From: the human T2T-CHM13v2.0 reference genome, Homo sapiens
Length of the DNA stretch: 64,000 bases
Reading direction: 5' to 3' (one strand)
NCBI RefSeq assembly: GCF_009914755.1
Contig: NC_060930.1
The translations under genes were made by a program, and so were the position numbers. Positions 17,320-31,306 of this stretch are shown here, in pieces (positions within the stretch are counted from its first letter, which is position 1; the number at the start of each line of letters is the position of its first letter). The notes beneath the pieces were generated by a model. That model ran no database searches and was not told the DNA's origin. It saw only the letters and a list, made by a program, of their open reading frames with translations.

Positions 17320-17785
17320 TCTTTATGCTTGCTCCCACCCTGACCCATGCTCTGCCCTGCTCCGTCTTGCTCCATCCCTGGGAGACTGATCCCTCTGGAC
17401 CCTATGCCCAGGCTTACTGCTGGGCCTGGCCAAAGGGACATCAAAAGGAGCTTGGAACGTGGGAAGAGAAATAAGTTGTGGTGTTTGTTTCTCCCTACCT
17501 CATCCATGCTTTGATGTGGTTCAGACAATGGCTGATTTCCTCTATGGCCACAGCTCCTACTGATGGCTCCTCCATGGCTCCAGCCCTCACTTGGCTCCAG
17601 TAAGAGAATTCTCCCTCCCTGTTCTTTCAAGCCCAGGGGGGTGTTAACAGCTTTCTGTATTTGGATGCATCACCATCCCCTGCTGGTTCCCTTATCCTTA
17701 CCCATTTTTAAAAGAGCCTCATTTAAATTATCAGCAGTTAAACCTGTTGTGCATGCGTCTGTTTACAAACTTGGTCTACAGCTAC
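17320..17785 (+). mobile_element. Old ERVL LTR (LTR33-like)
   Basis: caccatcccctgctggttccctta...atttaaatta motif; assigned by eye. Confidence 0.5.
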
Positions 17786-18900
17786 CTTATTCTTTTCACT
17801 CTTATTGGATTAAGTGGGAGATCCCGGAGTAGCTCTCCCAAGGGACACATTCATTTATTCCATCAAGCACCTACTATGTGCCAGGCACCATGCTGGTGCC
17901 AGGAAGGTGCTGCCTCTTTGTTGCTGGATATGGAAGTGCTGCTGATATTGTAAATCTGTAGTGGCTGAATTCTAGATCAATACCTTGGGTTGGGAAAGTG
18001 AAAGGAGACCCTCAAATGAGTTAACAGAGGGAATTTGGGACATATATGGGTCAGACCATCTCAGCCAGAAAGGCATATTTGGGTTTCTGGTCTTAGTGTG
18101 AGCTGAGAAGTCAGGATGGCCATCAGGGCAAAAATGGGCACCAACACTTTGACCACAGAGATCTGCCAATGAAGACGGGTCCTGCCATGGCTGGAAGCTT
18201 TTAACACCTTCAAAAGGAAAGAGGATTGTTAGAGAATTGCTGCCTCTCTGAAGAGAAAGAAAACAGTTTTGCCAGGGAGGTGAAGTGACCTTGTTGTCTG
18301 GGGTGACACCCAGAGTTCCTGGTCTCATAGCCAAGGAAATCAAGGACACGGGGACACCAAAGGTGAGGTTTAGAGCAGAAATTTAATAGGAGAAAAAAAA
18401 GAGAACAGCCCTCTGGTACAGAGAGGGGTCCCAGCAAAAGGGTTGCTGGCCCACAGTGAAATTCAGGGGTTTTTAACAGATGAGCTAGTGGGGAGGCAGT
18501 ATCTGATCTACATAAAGCATGGAAAACCAGTTAGGACTAGGTGTGCCGTCTGCATAGGGCACGGATCTCTGCCAGCCCCCACCCCAATCCTTTATTATGC
18601 AGGTGGGTCCATAGCCTGGCTACTCCAAGTTGTTTATTTCTTTCTTACTTTGCATGTGCTTAAAAAAAGGTGAGGTAGAACCCCCATGGTGACCATGCCT
18701 GGCCCCAGGTAGCCCTTTTTATCTGTGCAGCTGCAGCCATCCCCCTTGTGGAAGCTTCCAGCTTCCTTATCTATGTTTGCAGCCCAATCTTCCAGGCTGC
18801 TCTTTGTTAGAAAAGAAGTGATTTCTTGGGTTGCTTTTTGTTAGAAGTGAAGTTCAGCCGAGGACTCTTTGCCCTCACTAACTGCCTAAATAGTTTTTCT

Positions 18901-20253
18901 CTTTTTCTTTTATTTTTTTTTATTATTATACTTTCAGTTCTAGAGTATGTGTGCACAACATGCAGGTTTGTTACATATGTATACATATACCATGTTGGTG
19001 TGCTGCACCCATTAACTCGTCATTTACATTAGGCATATCACCTAATGCTATCCCTCCCCCCTCCCCCCAACCCACGACAGGCCCCAGTGTGTGATGTTCC
19101 CCACCCTGTGTCCAAGTGTTCTCATTGTTCAATTCCCACCTATGAGTGAGAACATGTGGTGTTTGGTTTTTTGTCCTTGTGATAGTTTGCTCAGAATGAT
19201 GGTTTCCAGCTTCATCCATGTCCCTACAAAGGACATGAACTCATCCTTTTTTATGGTTGCATAGTATTCCATAGTGTATATGTGCCACATTTTCTTAATC
19301 CAGTCTATCGTTGATGGACATTTGGGTTGGTTCCCAGTCTTTGCTATTGTGAATAGTGCCGCAATAAACATACGTATGCATGTGTCTTTATAGCAGCATG
19401 ATTTATAATCCTTTGGGTATATACCCAGTAATGGGATGGCTGGGTCAAATGGTATTTCTAGTTCTAGATCCTTGAGGAATTGCCACACTATCTTCCACTA
19501 TGGTTGAATTAGTTTACAGTCCCACCAACAGTGTAAAAGTGTTCCTATTTCTCCACATCCTCTCCAGCACCTGTTGTTTCCTGCCTTTTTTTTTTTTTTT
19601 TTTTTTTTGAGACAGAGTCTCGCTCTGTCACCCAGGCTGGAGGTGTGATCTCCGCTCACTGCAAGCTCCGCCTCCTGGGTTCACAGCATTCTCCTGCCTC
19701 AGCCTCCCGAGTAGCTGGGACTACAGGCACCCGCCGCCATGCCCGGCTAATTTTTGTGTGTGTGTGTGTGTGTGTTTTTAGTAGAGACGGGGTTTCACCA
19801 TGTTAGCCAGGATGGTCTCGATCTCCTGACTTCGTGATCCACCCGTCTTGGCCTCCCAAAGTGCTGGGATTACAGGCGTGAGCCACCACACCCGGCATGT
19901 TTCCTGACTTTTTAATGATCGCCATTCTAACTGGTGTGAGATGGTATCTCATTGTGGTTTTGATTTGCACATCACTGAAAAGCCAAAATTGACAAATGGG
20001 ATCTAATTAAACTAAAGAGCTTCTGCACAGCAAAAGAAACTACCATCAGAGTGAGCAGGCAACCTACAGAATGGGAGAAAATTTTTACAATCTACCCATC
20101 TGACAAAGGGCTAATATCCAGAATCTACAAAGAACTTAAACAAATTTACAAGAAAAAAATCAGTCAACCCCAACAAAAAGTGGGCAAAGGATATGAACAG
20201 ACACTTCTCAAAAGACGACATTTTTGCAGCCAACAGACACATGAAAAAATGCT
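18901..20253 (-). mobile_element. 5'-truncated, 5'-inverted L1PA
   Basis: ORF2 C-terminus and 3'UTR on minus to ~19968, then plus-strand ORF2 at ~19978-20253; TSD aaatag(c)ttttt(t)ct. Confidence 0.92.
19585..19896 (-). mobile_element. AluY-type element inside the L1, with (TG)n in its linker
   Basis: gcaagctccgcctcc and ttagccaggatggtctcgatc diagnostics; TSD tgtttcctg. Confidence 0.9.
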
Positions 20254-20760
20254 AAATAGCTTTTTTCTACCTCCTGTATCAGAGGGTTCGATTCCCACTA
20301 ATGGAACAGCACTGGTGGACCCCATAGATGGTGGGGCACTGTTTCCCTGGAATGTCCTCATCTAAGCTAGGTCACAAGTTCTTCCCTTTACACCCACAGC
20401 ACACTGGGCAGCTCGGGATCAAACAAGAAAATACATCCTGAAACCAAAGTGCATCCTAATATTATTTAACCATGAAACTCTTTTAAAACTGTTCTAAATT
20501 TCACAACATCAACAGGAGCTCTGGAGTTATAACCTATGCCTGGATTAGAGTAGAAAGCAAAAATAGTCCTTAAGACAAATCAGTTACTACAAAATTTGAT
20601 TCTCCAATACTTTTAAGCAGAATTTTTAAAATGTCAGCTTAGAAATATTAACTAATTTTAAAAGACCTATGTGTTAAAATTATGACTCAAGGCATAATAG
20701 CACTTACTAAGGAGAAGACATACATCAATGATATCAATAGTTACTTGGTAAGTACTTCCA

Positions 20761-21043
20761 TTTTTTTTTTTTTTTTTTTGAGATGGAGTCTCGCCCTGTC
20801 ACCCAGGTCTCGCCCTGTTGCCCAGACTGGAGTGCAATGGCACGATCTCAGCATCCTCCGCATCCCAGGTTCAAACAATTCTCCTGCCTCAGCCTCCCAA
20901 GCAGCTGGGATTACAGGTGCCCACCACCATGCCCAACTAATTTTTGTATTTTTAGTAGAGATTGGGTTTCACCATGTTGGCCAGGCTGGTCTCGAACTCC
21001 TGACCTCGTGATCCACCCATCTCAGCCTCCCAAAGTGCTGGGA
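20761..21043 (-). mobile_element. 5'-truncated Alu
   Basis: TSD ggtaagtacttc at 20747-20758 and 21044-21055. Confidence 0.93.
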
Positions 21044-21156
21044 GGTAAGTACTTCTTATGCAGTCAAAACAACGTACCTTCTAGTAACGGGCAATTTCTC
21101 CCAGGGTTACCTGCCATACTTAGGAGGGACACAGCTTCAAAGGGGATTATATCTAT

Positions 21157-21548
21157 TGTTAAAAGAAAAACCTTAGACAAATTAAATTTAACAGAGTTTT
21201 ATTGAGCAAAAAAATGACTCACAAATCAGGTATCCCCCAAAATCAGAATAGGTCAGAGAGGCTCCAATCCTATCACATGGCTGAAGAAGATTTATGGGTA
21301 GAAAAATGAAAATGACATACGGAAAACAGAAGTGAAATACAGAAGCAGCTGGGTTTCTTACAGCTTGGCATTTGCTTTATTTGAACATAATTGGCCACCT
21401 TTGTTTGAAGGAAACTTGGTGATTGGCACAAGAGCAGGTTACAGCCTCTTTACACATCCAGTTACGTTACAATCCACTATGTACTGAAACTTTTAGGCCA
21501 GACTTAAAATATGCAAGGAGGCAACTTTAGGCTAAACTTAATTTAACA
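21157..21548 (-). mobile_element. ERV1 solo LTR (MER57-like)
   Basis: tgttaa...ttaaca ends; TSD ctat. Confidence 0.75.
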
Positions 21549-22955
21549 CTATTAACTATATAAAATATGTTAAGCATTTTCAAAATCTTTTAAAAACCAT
21601 ATTTAATGACTTTTTCTGTGAAAAATACATAAAAATTCACTCTGAAAAGGTAAAAGTTGTCCATAACTTCCCCACTGAAAACACTAACATTTATTGAGTG
21701 CTTACCATGTGATAGGCATTGTTCTAAACATTTTACATAAAGTATTTACAGCATCATTATAAATCAATGTATTATATTGATGTTAATATATCAATATAGT
21801 ATGTTAATCAATATTGTAATGCATATTGTATTAACACATTAATGAGTAATGTATTACATCATTACCTATGAGGCAGGTAATATTATTTTTCCAGATAACT
21901 GAGACTCAGGGATGTTAAATAACTTGTCCAGGATCACCCAACTAGTAAAAGGTGGAACTTAGGTTTAAACCTAGGTAGTCCGACTCCAGAGCCAGACTTG
22001 TTAACAATTTTATTAAGAGTGGAATTTTCTTCCACTCTTATAATCCCATTCCCCAGAGGGAATCACTACTACTAATATTTTGGTGCTTAGTCATCTAGAC
22101 TTTTTTCTGTGTTTGTACATACATGTGCGTGCACACATACTCACACACACACACACAAGCTTATTTTAGGGCTGTCATTTTTCCCATTTAATATATCGGG
22201 GACATCTTTCCATATCAACAAATACAGGCTTACTTCATTCTTTATAATGTCTACGTGGGATTCCCTGGTGTGGATATAGCAATTTATTTAATTATCCTGT
22301 TATTAGTAGATATTAAAAGAGTTTCTAAAAGTTGGTTCTTGCAAATTGTAATAAACATGGCTTATTTTTCCTTACATTAAAAATATTTGGAGAAAATATA
22401 TTAGTAGCATGGTCCTAGTAAGTTCACATAACACTTATTAATATCTCTTGGAAAATCAATGTTTTGTGAAACACTGAGAAGCGAGTCTCAATCCTTTAAC
22501 AGATACAGTGAGCTTACTCGCCTTCGCTCTTGATTCACTGCTTTTGTGTTACAAGGCTACTGTTGTGTAACAAACCCATCTTTAGTCAATCTCATGCCTT
22601 GGATCTCCAAACCATCACCACAGCCTCAAATATCACAACTCCTAAAACACAAGACCTAGAATATCAGGGATCAAAGAGACATGGAGAATCCACTCTTTCA
22701 CCTGACTCAGCCCCAACTTATCGAATTCTGGTTCTGGCTGAGGAAACATGTCTTCTCAGTGGAGACACTAATGACCTATCAGTAGGCGGGCAAAGGATTA
22801 AAGAGCCAGGAAAAACTGGCTCGAGGAGAGATTTGGTTGGGAGATGTGAGTGAGAAGGTAGCTGCCAGGTATTGACAGCAAGATAAATATGGGCTTTGAG
22901 AATATAAACTCGTGTTTCCTTGGAGGACAGAATAAAGTTGTAGATTACTCTGATG

Positions 22956-22961
22956 ATGCGC

Positions 22962-22992
<31 letters not shown>

Positions 22993-22995
22993 TAC
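22956..22995. repeat. (CG)9(TG)n alternating purine-pyrimidine tract
   Basis: Read directly from the sequence. Confidence 0.95.
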
Positions 22996-23269
22996 TGAGT
23001 TTCCTAGAATGAAACTCCATGAAAGACAAGACCACTGCAAAGTCCAGCTTGTAAATAAGTTGTACATATGATAGTTGCAAGAGGAGAGGAACAGGGCTTA
23101 TTTTGAGAAATCCAGCAAGGATTCTCAGAGGAAAGAAGCTCAGGCAGGAGAAGTAGCCGTTAGGAAAGAGAAGACAGGTCAAATTTCTGTAGCGTAGGGA
23201 AGCTTCCCATAGGATTTAGAACTTTCATTTCTCAACATTTTGACTATTGGAAGAGACCAAGTAGTTGTT

Positions 23270-23645
23270 CACCCAACTATTTCCTCCTGAGAACACAGCT
23301 AGACTGTCTTCCAACCTCTCTTGCAGTTAGAGGTGGCCACATGATGGGGTTCTGAAAGAAATGAAATTTCAAGTTTGCTACTTCCAGGGCTGTCCCATAA
23401 AGCCTCCTGTGCAATCTTGAATGTTCTCTCTCTCTTCTCTCATTTGCTGCCCAGATATAGAGGATGCAGTGGAGGGCTCTGAGATTCCAAAGGACAAGAA
23501 AGCCACTAGCTGGAAGAAACTTGGGTTCCTGAGTGATGCGTGGAGCAGAGCAGAGCTTCCTCACCAACCTCCATGTGATGGGAGTGAGAAATAAACTTGT
23601 TAACATTTTTTATTACAGCAGCTAGCTAACCCTGACTAGTACATT
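23270..23645 (+). mobile_element. MaLR MLT1-like LTR fragment
   Basis: cctctcttgcagttagaggtggccacatga...gagaaataaactt. Confidence 0.6.
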
Positions 23646-25046
23646 GTAGAATACTCGTATGTCCTTTGCCTCTCTGGTAGCTTCTCTGACTCCTTCCTGG
23701 AATCCTCTTCTTTCTCTCATCACCTGAACAAAACTATCCCCCTAAAAATCAGAGCCCTTCTGACCACTTTCCTCTGGGTCAGCAAGTGACCTAGTCCTGA
23801 TCTCTCTTTTGAGCTCCAGATGCTCATCAGCAGCTTCTTAAGGTTAACTGTCTTGCAGTTGCATGAAGATGCAAACCTAAGTTCATTTTCTTCCTCCCCA
23901 AACTGATTCTCCTAACTTATCTTTCACTGTCACTCACTCGTCACCAGGCTTCTCCTAGTCAAACTGGCAGTACATCCCTGTGTGTTTTCAATTCTTCCCT
24001 CTTTCTCACCAGCTACACCAGACAGAAGACCATCACTCCTCTTTCCCCCACATCCATCCCCACGCTTCTGCTATCCTCATGGCCGTCTCTCTTCTCAAGC
24101 CAGGTGGTGGCACCTTAAGTCCTCTCTTCAATGCCACTCTCTCTTCCTCAAGTTACAGCACCCTGGGCTATGGCTCTTGTGTAGACTTCTGCAATAGCTT
24201 TTTTTTTTCTAATTAAGAAATATTTTAAGCACATGGGGAAGTGTAGAGACTAATATAACTAACACTTGTACCTATCACTCAGTTTTGTCAATCCTTAATA
24301 TTTTGCTGTATTTGAAAATGAAGGGAAAAAAACAAAATTGCTTCAAATCTAGGAGATGAAAAGCTTATGTTATCTCTTTCATTGTATTAGGTGGAATTTT
24401 ATAGTAAACTTACATAACACTAAAATTTGTATATAGTGCCATGTTTAAATTTTTCCCCGTTCCCATGCGTTATTGCCTCCATGTTGCATCAACCACTGAT
24501 GTAATAGAAACCTGATATCAATCAACACATACCCCAAGTGATTTTATATGCATTTTACAGAACAAATGCCATTGGGCTACCTAAATGCCTCCATGGAACT
24601 ATATATGTTTTTTCTATGATTATTATAATAGACTCCTTAGAATTAGAAAATGTGAGGTCATTTCTCTCTCTGACTATATGTGTGTGTGTGTGTGTGTGTG
24701 TGTAAATATATGTTATAATATATATTAAATAAATAATTACAGGCATATTTGAAGCCCCCTACCAATCCGTATATAATTGCATCTAGCTGAGATTTGAATT
24801 CTTCTGATTTCTAGTGAAGTTAAACATTATCTATGTGCCTTTGGTTTTTAAATTTTCTGTGTTTTGTTTCTCCCTATAGGTCAATTGAAAGTGGTTTGTC
24901 CTTTTTATGATTTGAATGAGTTCTTCATAAATTTTGGCCACTAATCTTTAATCAGTTCTATGCATTGCAAATGCCTCTCCCTGTCGGTGGCCCATCCTTT
25001 CACTTTGTTTCTCGTATCTTCTTTGGACCAAAGTTTTCAATTTTAA

Positions 25047-25352
<306 letters not shown>

Positions 25353-26449
25353 TGATCTTGCTTAAGAAATCATTCTGGCCCCTGAAGTCATAAACAACTC
25401 ATATTTTTGTCTAAACATTTTATTGTTGGGCTACTCACATTTCGGTTGATAACCCACCTGGAATTTATTTTTGTATAAGACATAAGGTAGGAATCTAATT
25501 TTATGTTTTTCCCCACATGGCTAGATTGTTGTATCAGCAGCATTAAATATTCTCTTCTTTCCACCTGATTCATAATGCCTGCTCTGTCAAATATCAAGTT
25601 GCCATATATACATGGATCTGTTCCTTGCTTCTTGATTCTGTTGCCTTTGCCAGTTTTCCACTCCAGGATTGCATGATAATTACTATGACTTCGTAGTAAG
25701 TCTTGGTTTCTGATAGGGTAAGGCCATCTCCTTTCCCCATAGCCTTGTTCTTCACGTTTGTCTTGGCTATTTGTTTTGATTGTTTGTTGCTGGATAATGA
25801 GTTATCTCAAAATAGTAGTTTGAAACAACCACCCAAAGATCAAATATGCAGGTTGATGAATAAAATTTTTGCATACTGTGTCATATGCATCAAGAGCATA
25901 GGGAGATGAAGTGAAGGGAGGGCCCACTGTGTGGCCTGAAGAACGACCCGCAGGGAGAAGGCTGCTTACACACTCAGACATGCACAGTGGGCCTGAAGCC
26001 TCCTGGGACTCCAGAGATCAAGGGCCAGCTCTCCCTCTCCAATCTGTCCTGGTCCTCCTCACATACCCCTCCTGTGGGGCCTGAGGTTGCCATGGATGCC
26101 CCGGTACTGAGATAAGGAAAAGGTGTACATTCCCGAGGTCATAGCTTTGGAAAGGTGCCTTCAGGCCTTTGGTGGTAGCAGGGGTAGCCCTTTCCCTGGG
26201 GCAGGGTGGGGAGGAGGAACCCACATCCTCCTGTCTGGGGCCGCTGGTTAATTAGGAATCTTGCCCCTTGAACTCCCCAGCTGAGTCAGCTGCACCCCTG
26301 CTCTCCCCTCTTGCCTCCTGGAGGCTTGTGTCAGGAAAGGTCATGCTTCCCCCATCCTCTCCATCCTCCTCTGGCACCTTCAGCATTCCTCTAGCTGTAG
26401 CCGTGACTGCTTTATATCGTCATTGTTTTTCCATGCATCTCCCCAAACA

Positions 26450-26452
<3 letters not shown>

Positions 26453-26495
<43 letters not shown>
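26453..26495. repeat. (CA)n microsatellite
   Basis: About 21 CA units. Confidence 0.95.
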
Positions 26496-26498
<3 letters not shown>

Positions 26499-26806
26499 TT
26501 TAAGGGAACAGGGACCCAGAAGCATAGTGGTTAAAACTTCGGAGTCTAGAATTCATCATTTACTAGCTGTGTGAATTCAGGAAATTACTTAACCTCTCTA
26601 TGCCACAATATCTAAATATGTAAAATACCTTACAGGGATGTTCGAGCCATTAATCCATGAAAAGGAATCTGGCACATAATAAGCACTCCATAAATGTCGG
26701 CTTGCTAGAATTAATCTCTGTATCCTCAACCCTGAGCACAGTACCTGACAGTCAGTAGCCACCCCTAAATGCTTGTGTAATTTATACAGATCAGTCAAAA
26801 CTGTTA

Positions 26807-27097
<291 letters not shown>

Positions 27098-28947
27098 AAG
27101 TAACGTTGGAGCTCTAGGTCTAGGTAAATCCCCCGGGTTTTGACAGTTCATGAGGGTGGCTCCTGGTGCTGCAGCCAGACCAATGCAAACAGGAAATCCA
27201 AGTCAGGGATCATTTGTTGGAGATGGGCTCTCCCAGTGGTATGTAGTCTAAAATATACAACAAACACGGAGGCACTGTCAAGAGCCTATAACTGTGAAGG
27301 ACCAGAGGTCAAATGAGGCCACAGTTCAACACCAGTGACCTTCTCAAAACAGGGCTAGCTCAGGTGGAAAAGCATGGTGCAGCAATTGCCTAGCCTTCAG
27401 CAGTCAGATCCAGCTTGCAGGAGGAGACTAAGCCAGGCAGGGCAGGATTAGAAACTCAGGAGCCAGGGTGACACCCAGAACACCCCATTCCCTCCTTGTT
27501 CCCCATCTCCCTTAGCCTGAGTGTCTGGCCCTACAGGTTTGTGTCCCCATGGAGCCAAAGGCTGAGGACAGAACCACATCCTTGACACTGGGACCCTAGA
27601 AGGTGGATGATGGCAGCACAGATGTCACAGTCATAAGTAATAGGAGCTTACCTACCTTTCTCCCAGAGGAAGACCTCATCCTCACAACCTGGCCCTCCAG
27701 GCCTCAAACCTCCCACCCTTCTTCTCTCCATCCTCCTCTCTTTCTGGCCATGATGTAGCCTGACTTCAGTCTCGTCCTGTGGACAAGGCTGATGTCTCAC
27801 TCTGACTGAGGACAAGCCAAGTCCTATTTAACAAAAGCTTTCACAAGCCAGCTGCCTAAGGAGGAGTTGGTGAGCTTCCTGCCCTTTGACAGATGGAGGC
27901 AGAGACTTCATGACTCCTTACTGAAGTTTGTAGAGAGGGTTTTGGCGTCCCACTGGAAGCTAGAATCAGGGACCTTTAAGGTCACCATTGGGAATCTGCA
28001 ACTCCAAGCAATCTTCCCCATGATGTAGCAGGATACCACTTCTGGTCACTTGGCCTGAAGTTCCCAGAGTTCAAAGTCACTTCTTGGGGACACACAATAA
28101 AAGAGGGACCCCTGTCTCCAGAAGGGCCCTTTGGAAAATATGTGGGCCAAGCAGGAGGCAGCCCCCAGCCCACTCTGTTTGACTGAGATGCAGCTAGCAG
28201 ACTGGATAATGATTCTGTGCAAGGCAGAGGTGCCCAAATCAGTTCTGATGGAGCTGTGTGGATGGCCATAGGGAAGGAAGGTCCTCACCACACCCTGCCT
28301 GGCAAAGACAGGGCGAGAGCTAGGGCCAGGGAGACTCCTGAGCAGTAGGCACTACCCACATCCTGGCATTCCTTCTGGCAGGGTCATAAGAATCTCATGA
28401 GTGGGAGGGGATTTTCAATCAGGAGGACAGGGAAGAGAAGAGGGATCTGGCTTGGGGGTTAGGGGGAGGGCAGAACTCCTCAGCCTGGCTTAGAGGCCCT
28501 GAGAGGACAGTTAAGGGAGGGGTCTCTCAAGGACATAGGCACCAATAAAATGCATGCACAATCTGTCAGGATTTCATAGCCCTTTGTCAGAAAGGAAGTG
28601 ATGGCCACAGAGGGAGGCGAGAATTGGGTTACTCAAAGGCACTGGGTCCCCAGACCCTATCTACCTGGACTCTGTCCTAGCAGATCCTGGGGAACAGGGG
28701 TGCAAGTGTCCAGAAATCTCCTCCATGATCTTATCACAGCCCTCAGACTCAAACCTTCTGCCCTCTAGTTGATAAGTACTTGACTTTTCTTTGCTCCTCC
28801 TTCCTCATATCCCTTTAAGGAGGAGGTGACCCCTGCTGGTTGGTAGCTGTCTTTGCCACATGGAGGGCATTCATCACTGGTAAAGCAGCTCTATATCAAT
28901 GTGAGTACTTGATAAGTGCTCACTGTCCAGTAAATTCTGCCTTCAGT

Positions 28948-29109
28948 TCCCAGGCCAGTAGCACCAGATCACCTCAGAGCTTCTTAAAAATGCATCATCA
29001 GGCTCCATGCCAGATGTGTTAAGGCAAAGTGTCTTAGGTGAGGCCCAGGAAACTGTTTTAACAAGCTCTTCAAGTGGTTTTATGCACACTCAAGTTTGAG
29101 TAGCACCGA
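28948..29109 (+). mobile_element. MER5A DNA transposon, left end missing
   Basis: ccagtagcaccagatcacc...ttttaacaagc...tgcacactcaagtttgag; the left TIR is not present. Confidence 0.75.
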
Positions 29110-30959
29110 GCTAAAAGAGCACTTGGTAGGGATGTTATTTGTAGAGTTGATTCCAATGTTACACAGAGGGTTGATCAAGATGACTTTAGATCATTTGAAT
29201 TCTGCAGTTCTGTGATTCCAAGAGTCTCAGATCTTTAGACAAGACAGACTTACCCAAGGGAAACTGCCTAGTCTCTCGCACCTGCTAGGAGAGCATCCTA
29301 GGGGAGCCATGTTGTCTGCCATGTGACACCCTTCCCCACAGCTGACTGGACAAATGGTAGCCAATCCACAAGCTGGTTCATGACCTATGAGACATGAAAA
29401 GCTGCCTTCCACAGGGGTGAAGGGCAAAGCTGGGTTAGCCAACTTCTCTTTTTCTCTAGGAGATTTGAATTGGGAAACAGAGAGAAAGGAAACACGTAGC
29501 TAAGCCATGCATGAGGCAGCAGGGGAATGAGTAGTCACCAGTGCGAGGCAAGATTTAGAGTAAATAGGAACTAAGAGTAAGTATAAACCAGGAAATTAAA
29601 AAAGACAAGAATAAAGTTGCACAGGAAAGCTGTGGTACTGCTGTCCTAGGGAAGGGTCATTCTTACTCACAGTGGTCTTCTCCTTTTGGACGTCATCATA
29701 AACATGGTAAGATTCACCCTCACCTGCAAAGAAGACAGTCAAGGTTAAGCAAGGAATCTCTCCCAACCCAACTCCCATGGAAACATGAGGGAGATATTGG
29801 GGTCCTGGCTGGGCAGAAGGGACACTGATGGGAAAGAGGCCAGGGCTGGATCAGTGGCCACATTCTGCCTGGGGAGGTCCCCAGTGCCCAGCAAGAGTGG
29901 TGTCCAGGTATACGAAGGAGCAAAACAAACTGGCTGTCTATGATTAATGTGCATAAAATCCGTAAAGTTAATTATCAATTCCAGGTTGCTGAAAATTCCA
30001 AATTTAAAATTAGACCTAAGTATAATCTATTTGCTGATGAATTTATATGTAGTACTGTCTTTCCAATTTTTTGAACCAGGAGCTCCAGTGTGATTCACAA
30101 TTTATCTACCACTTACACAAACACACTCATACACTCTCACACCCAGACACATATTCACACACACTCCTAAAATAAAAGTTTAACAAAAAAAGGGTAAAGC
30201 ATTATGACATTATGCTCTTCTATTATGTTTTTATAAAAATCCTGTTGTGACCTATTAAATTGATTTTACACTGATTAAAAATAGGTATATAAAATTTTAC
30301 AACCCACTGCTTTCTTTGGATTTTCATAGCTTGAATAATTAAAACCAATGAAGTCCAATATACCTCTGGCCCACTCCCACGTTTCAGTCTTTTTGTCAAC
30401 AGAAACATCTTCAGTATAGGGCTATTGAGCACACAGTACCTATGTGTCAAACCAACCAACCAACATAAAACAGCAAGAAAGGAGGTAACATTCATTAAAG
30501 GGGACTAATCTGATAAATCTTAGACAAGATGCTACAGATTTCATATGTGATTAATGCTAAAAACTTAAAACTTTGAAGATTAAAAAGTCCTGGAAGTGCT
30601 TTTAGGAAGACGACATTTTTAAATGATAAAAACAATTAAAAAACAATACCATGAACCAGGAACATCTTTACATAGATTTGTTTTAAAAGTCTTAACCTAA
30701 AAGTTGGCAAAAAATACATGATCCAAAATGGATACTAGCACACCTAGTTGTAGACAAATTGGCACTGAGTTGAATTGGCTTTGGGTGAGCTGACCTGGAG
30801 CCTTAGAAGATGATGAGTCCACCGCCCTCAGGGCTGCCCAGGCTGTTGCTCTGGCAGAAGGAAGGGAAGCCATTTGGGGCTCCCAGGGGATCTTGGCCAC
30901 TTTACTTCTCAGGCCTCAGTTTCCTAGTTGGTAAAATGAGCATAAGAATCCTTGTCCTC

Positions 30960-31306
30960 GATGAGTTCATGTCCTTGTAGGGACATGGATGAAGCTGGAA
31001 ACCATCATTCTGAGCAAACTATCACAAGGACAGAAAACCAAATACCGCATGTTCTCACTTATAGGTGGGAATTGAACAATGAGAACACTTGGACACAGGG
31101 TGGGGAACATCACACACGGGGGCCTGCCGTGGGGTAGGGAGAAGGGGGAGGGATAGCATTAGGACATATACCTAATGTAAATGACGAGTTAATGGGTGCA
31201 GCACAGCAACATGGCACATGTATACATATGTAACAAACCTGCACGTTGTGCACATGTGTCCTAGAACTTAAAGTACAATAATAAAAAATAAAAAAAATAA
31301 AAAAAC
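30960..31306 (+). mobile_element. L1PA 3' fragment inserted into a MIR
   Basis: L1 3'UTR plus A tail; TSD aatccttgtcctc at 30947-30959 and 31307-31319. Confidence 0.93.

Larger units (their letters stand above)
18281..20281 (-). mobile_element. ERV1 solo LTR (MER50-like) split by an L1 insertion
   Basis: TG...CA ends with TSD gagg at 18277-18280 and 20282-20285. Confidence 0.75.

Noticed and set aside
18971-20365. ORFs with L1 ORF2 similarity, and the many Alu-derived ORFs
   Set aside because: Truncated retrotransposon fragments, not genes
25838-25882. TQYAKI ITSM-like motif on the minus strand
   Set aside because: Lies beyond the putative stop at 28920 with no exon context; probably chance
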